64,000 bases of DNA from Camelus ferus (Eukaryota): the NCBI RefSeq assembly GCF_009834535.1, contig NC_045696.1:112842001-112906000 (forward strand), in the 5' to 3' direction. Below the pieces are notes generated by a model, which worked only from the letters and a program-made list of their open reading frames with translations, did not search any database and was not told the origin of the DNA. Position numbers and translations under genes: made by a program. The stretch's first letter is position 1. Every line of letters starts with the position of its first letter. Shown here piece by piece: positions 62,873-64,000 of this stretch.

Positions 62873-64000
62873 TAACCTGATTGAAAAATGGGCAGAGTCT
62901 GAATAGATATTTTTCCAAAGACCTACAAATGGCCAGCAAGTACATGAAAAGGTGGCCAACGTCACTAATCATCAGGAAAATACAAAGCAAAACCTCAATG
63001 AGATATTACCTCATACCTGTTAGGATAGCTGTTATCAAAAAGTCTAGAGATCACAAATGTTGGCAAGGATGCAGAAAAAAAGGGAACCCTTGTACGCTGC
63101 TGATGGGAATGTAAATTGGCAGAGCTACTATGAAAAACAATTTAGGGATTCCTCAAACAATTAAAGAAGAACTACCATGTGATTCAGCAATCCCACTCCC
63201 AGGTTTATTTCTGAAAGGAAAGACAATCAGCATCCTGAAGGGATCGCTGCACTCCCCTGTTCATTACGGCATTATTCACAATAGCCAAGATGTTGAAACA
63301 AACTAAGTGTCTGTGGATGGACAAAGGGATAGAGAAAATGTGAAATATACTTGTAATGGAATATTGTCCTGCCTTAAAAAGAAGAAAATCATGCATTTGT
63401 GACAACACGGATGAACCCAGAGGACATTGTGCTAAATAAGCCAGCAGGAGAAAAACAAATACCATATAATCCCACTTATATGTGGCAGGGAAAAGCCTCA
63501 TTCACAGAAACAGACTAGAATGGTGGTTACCAGGGGCTATGAGTGAGGGAGATGGGGAGATATTGGTCAGAGTACAAATCTTCAGCTATAAGATGAGTAA
63601 GTTCTGAGGCTCTAAGGTACAACACAGGGACTATAGTTAATGATACTACATTGCAAACTTGAAATTTGCTAAGAGAGTAAATCTTAAGCATCCTCATCAC
63701 AAAAAATAAAAAAGAAAGTATGTGAAGTGATGTGTGTGTTCATGAGATTGTGGTAAATGTTTCACAATGTATGTATATTTGCATAATATCATCACATTGT
63801 GCACCTTAAATATGTCATTTTTATTTATCAATATATTTTTAAAAGCTGAGAAAAAAGAAGTTAATTTTTTTAATTTTAAAAATAAAAATATTGGATTAAC
63901 TCTGACATTCATTTGGACAGGAATGAATATGTGAGAATAGCTAAGAGAAACCTGAAAAGACAGGAGTAATGAGAAAAGACAAGCACTGTCAGCATTTAAA

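Larger units (their letters stand above)
62099..63882 (+). mobile_element. L1MA-type 5'-truncated L1 (ORF2 C-terminus plus 3'UTR), interrupted by a Tigger MITE
   Basis: ORF LNRYFSKDLQMASKYMKRWPTSLIIRKIQSKTSMRYYLIPVR...KCWQGC; TSD TAAAAATA(C/T)TGGAT at 62085-62098 and 63883-63896; older L1 sequence on both sides. Confidence 0.9.

Noticed and set aside
1..64000. CRISPR array, operon or novel multi-gene system
   Set aside because: Eukaryotic repeat-rich non-coding DNA; no regularly spaced repeats and no intact non-transposon coding sequence seen

Overview
AT-rich mammalian genomic DNA with no recognisable host protein-coding exon, rRNA, functional tRNA or known miRNA, so it reads as intergenic or deep-intronic sequence. 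Three tRNA-derived SINEs resembling the camelid vic-1 family, plus young L1 copies, point to a camelid host (inference). Much of the window is transposon fossil: L1 of several ages, L2, MIR, MaLR/ERVL/ERV1 LTRs, hAT-Charlie MITEs and a Tigger MITE. Several insertions have readable target-site duplications (TSDs), and there are three multi-level nests. Every ORF with recognisable homology is an L1 fragment. Four signals merit follow-up. (1) A ~300-bp CpG-dense core at 40.9-41.2 kb lies between two head-to-head ancient LTR remnants, with splice signals that suggest a minus-strand transcript. (2) A kB/RUNX/AP-1/TATA motif cluster with splice sites lies at 26.8-28.7 kb. (3) There is a ~110-bp 5'-inverted L1 at 27.6 kb. 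(4) A four-level nest at 61.7-64 kb contains a MER41-like LTR. I found no evidence for a novel multi-gene system. Repeat subfamily names come from recall of consensus sequences, not from a search.
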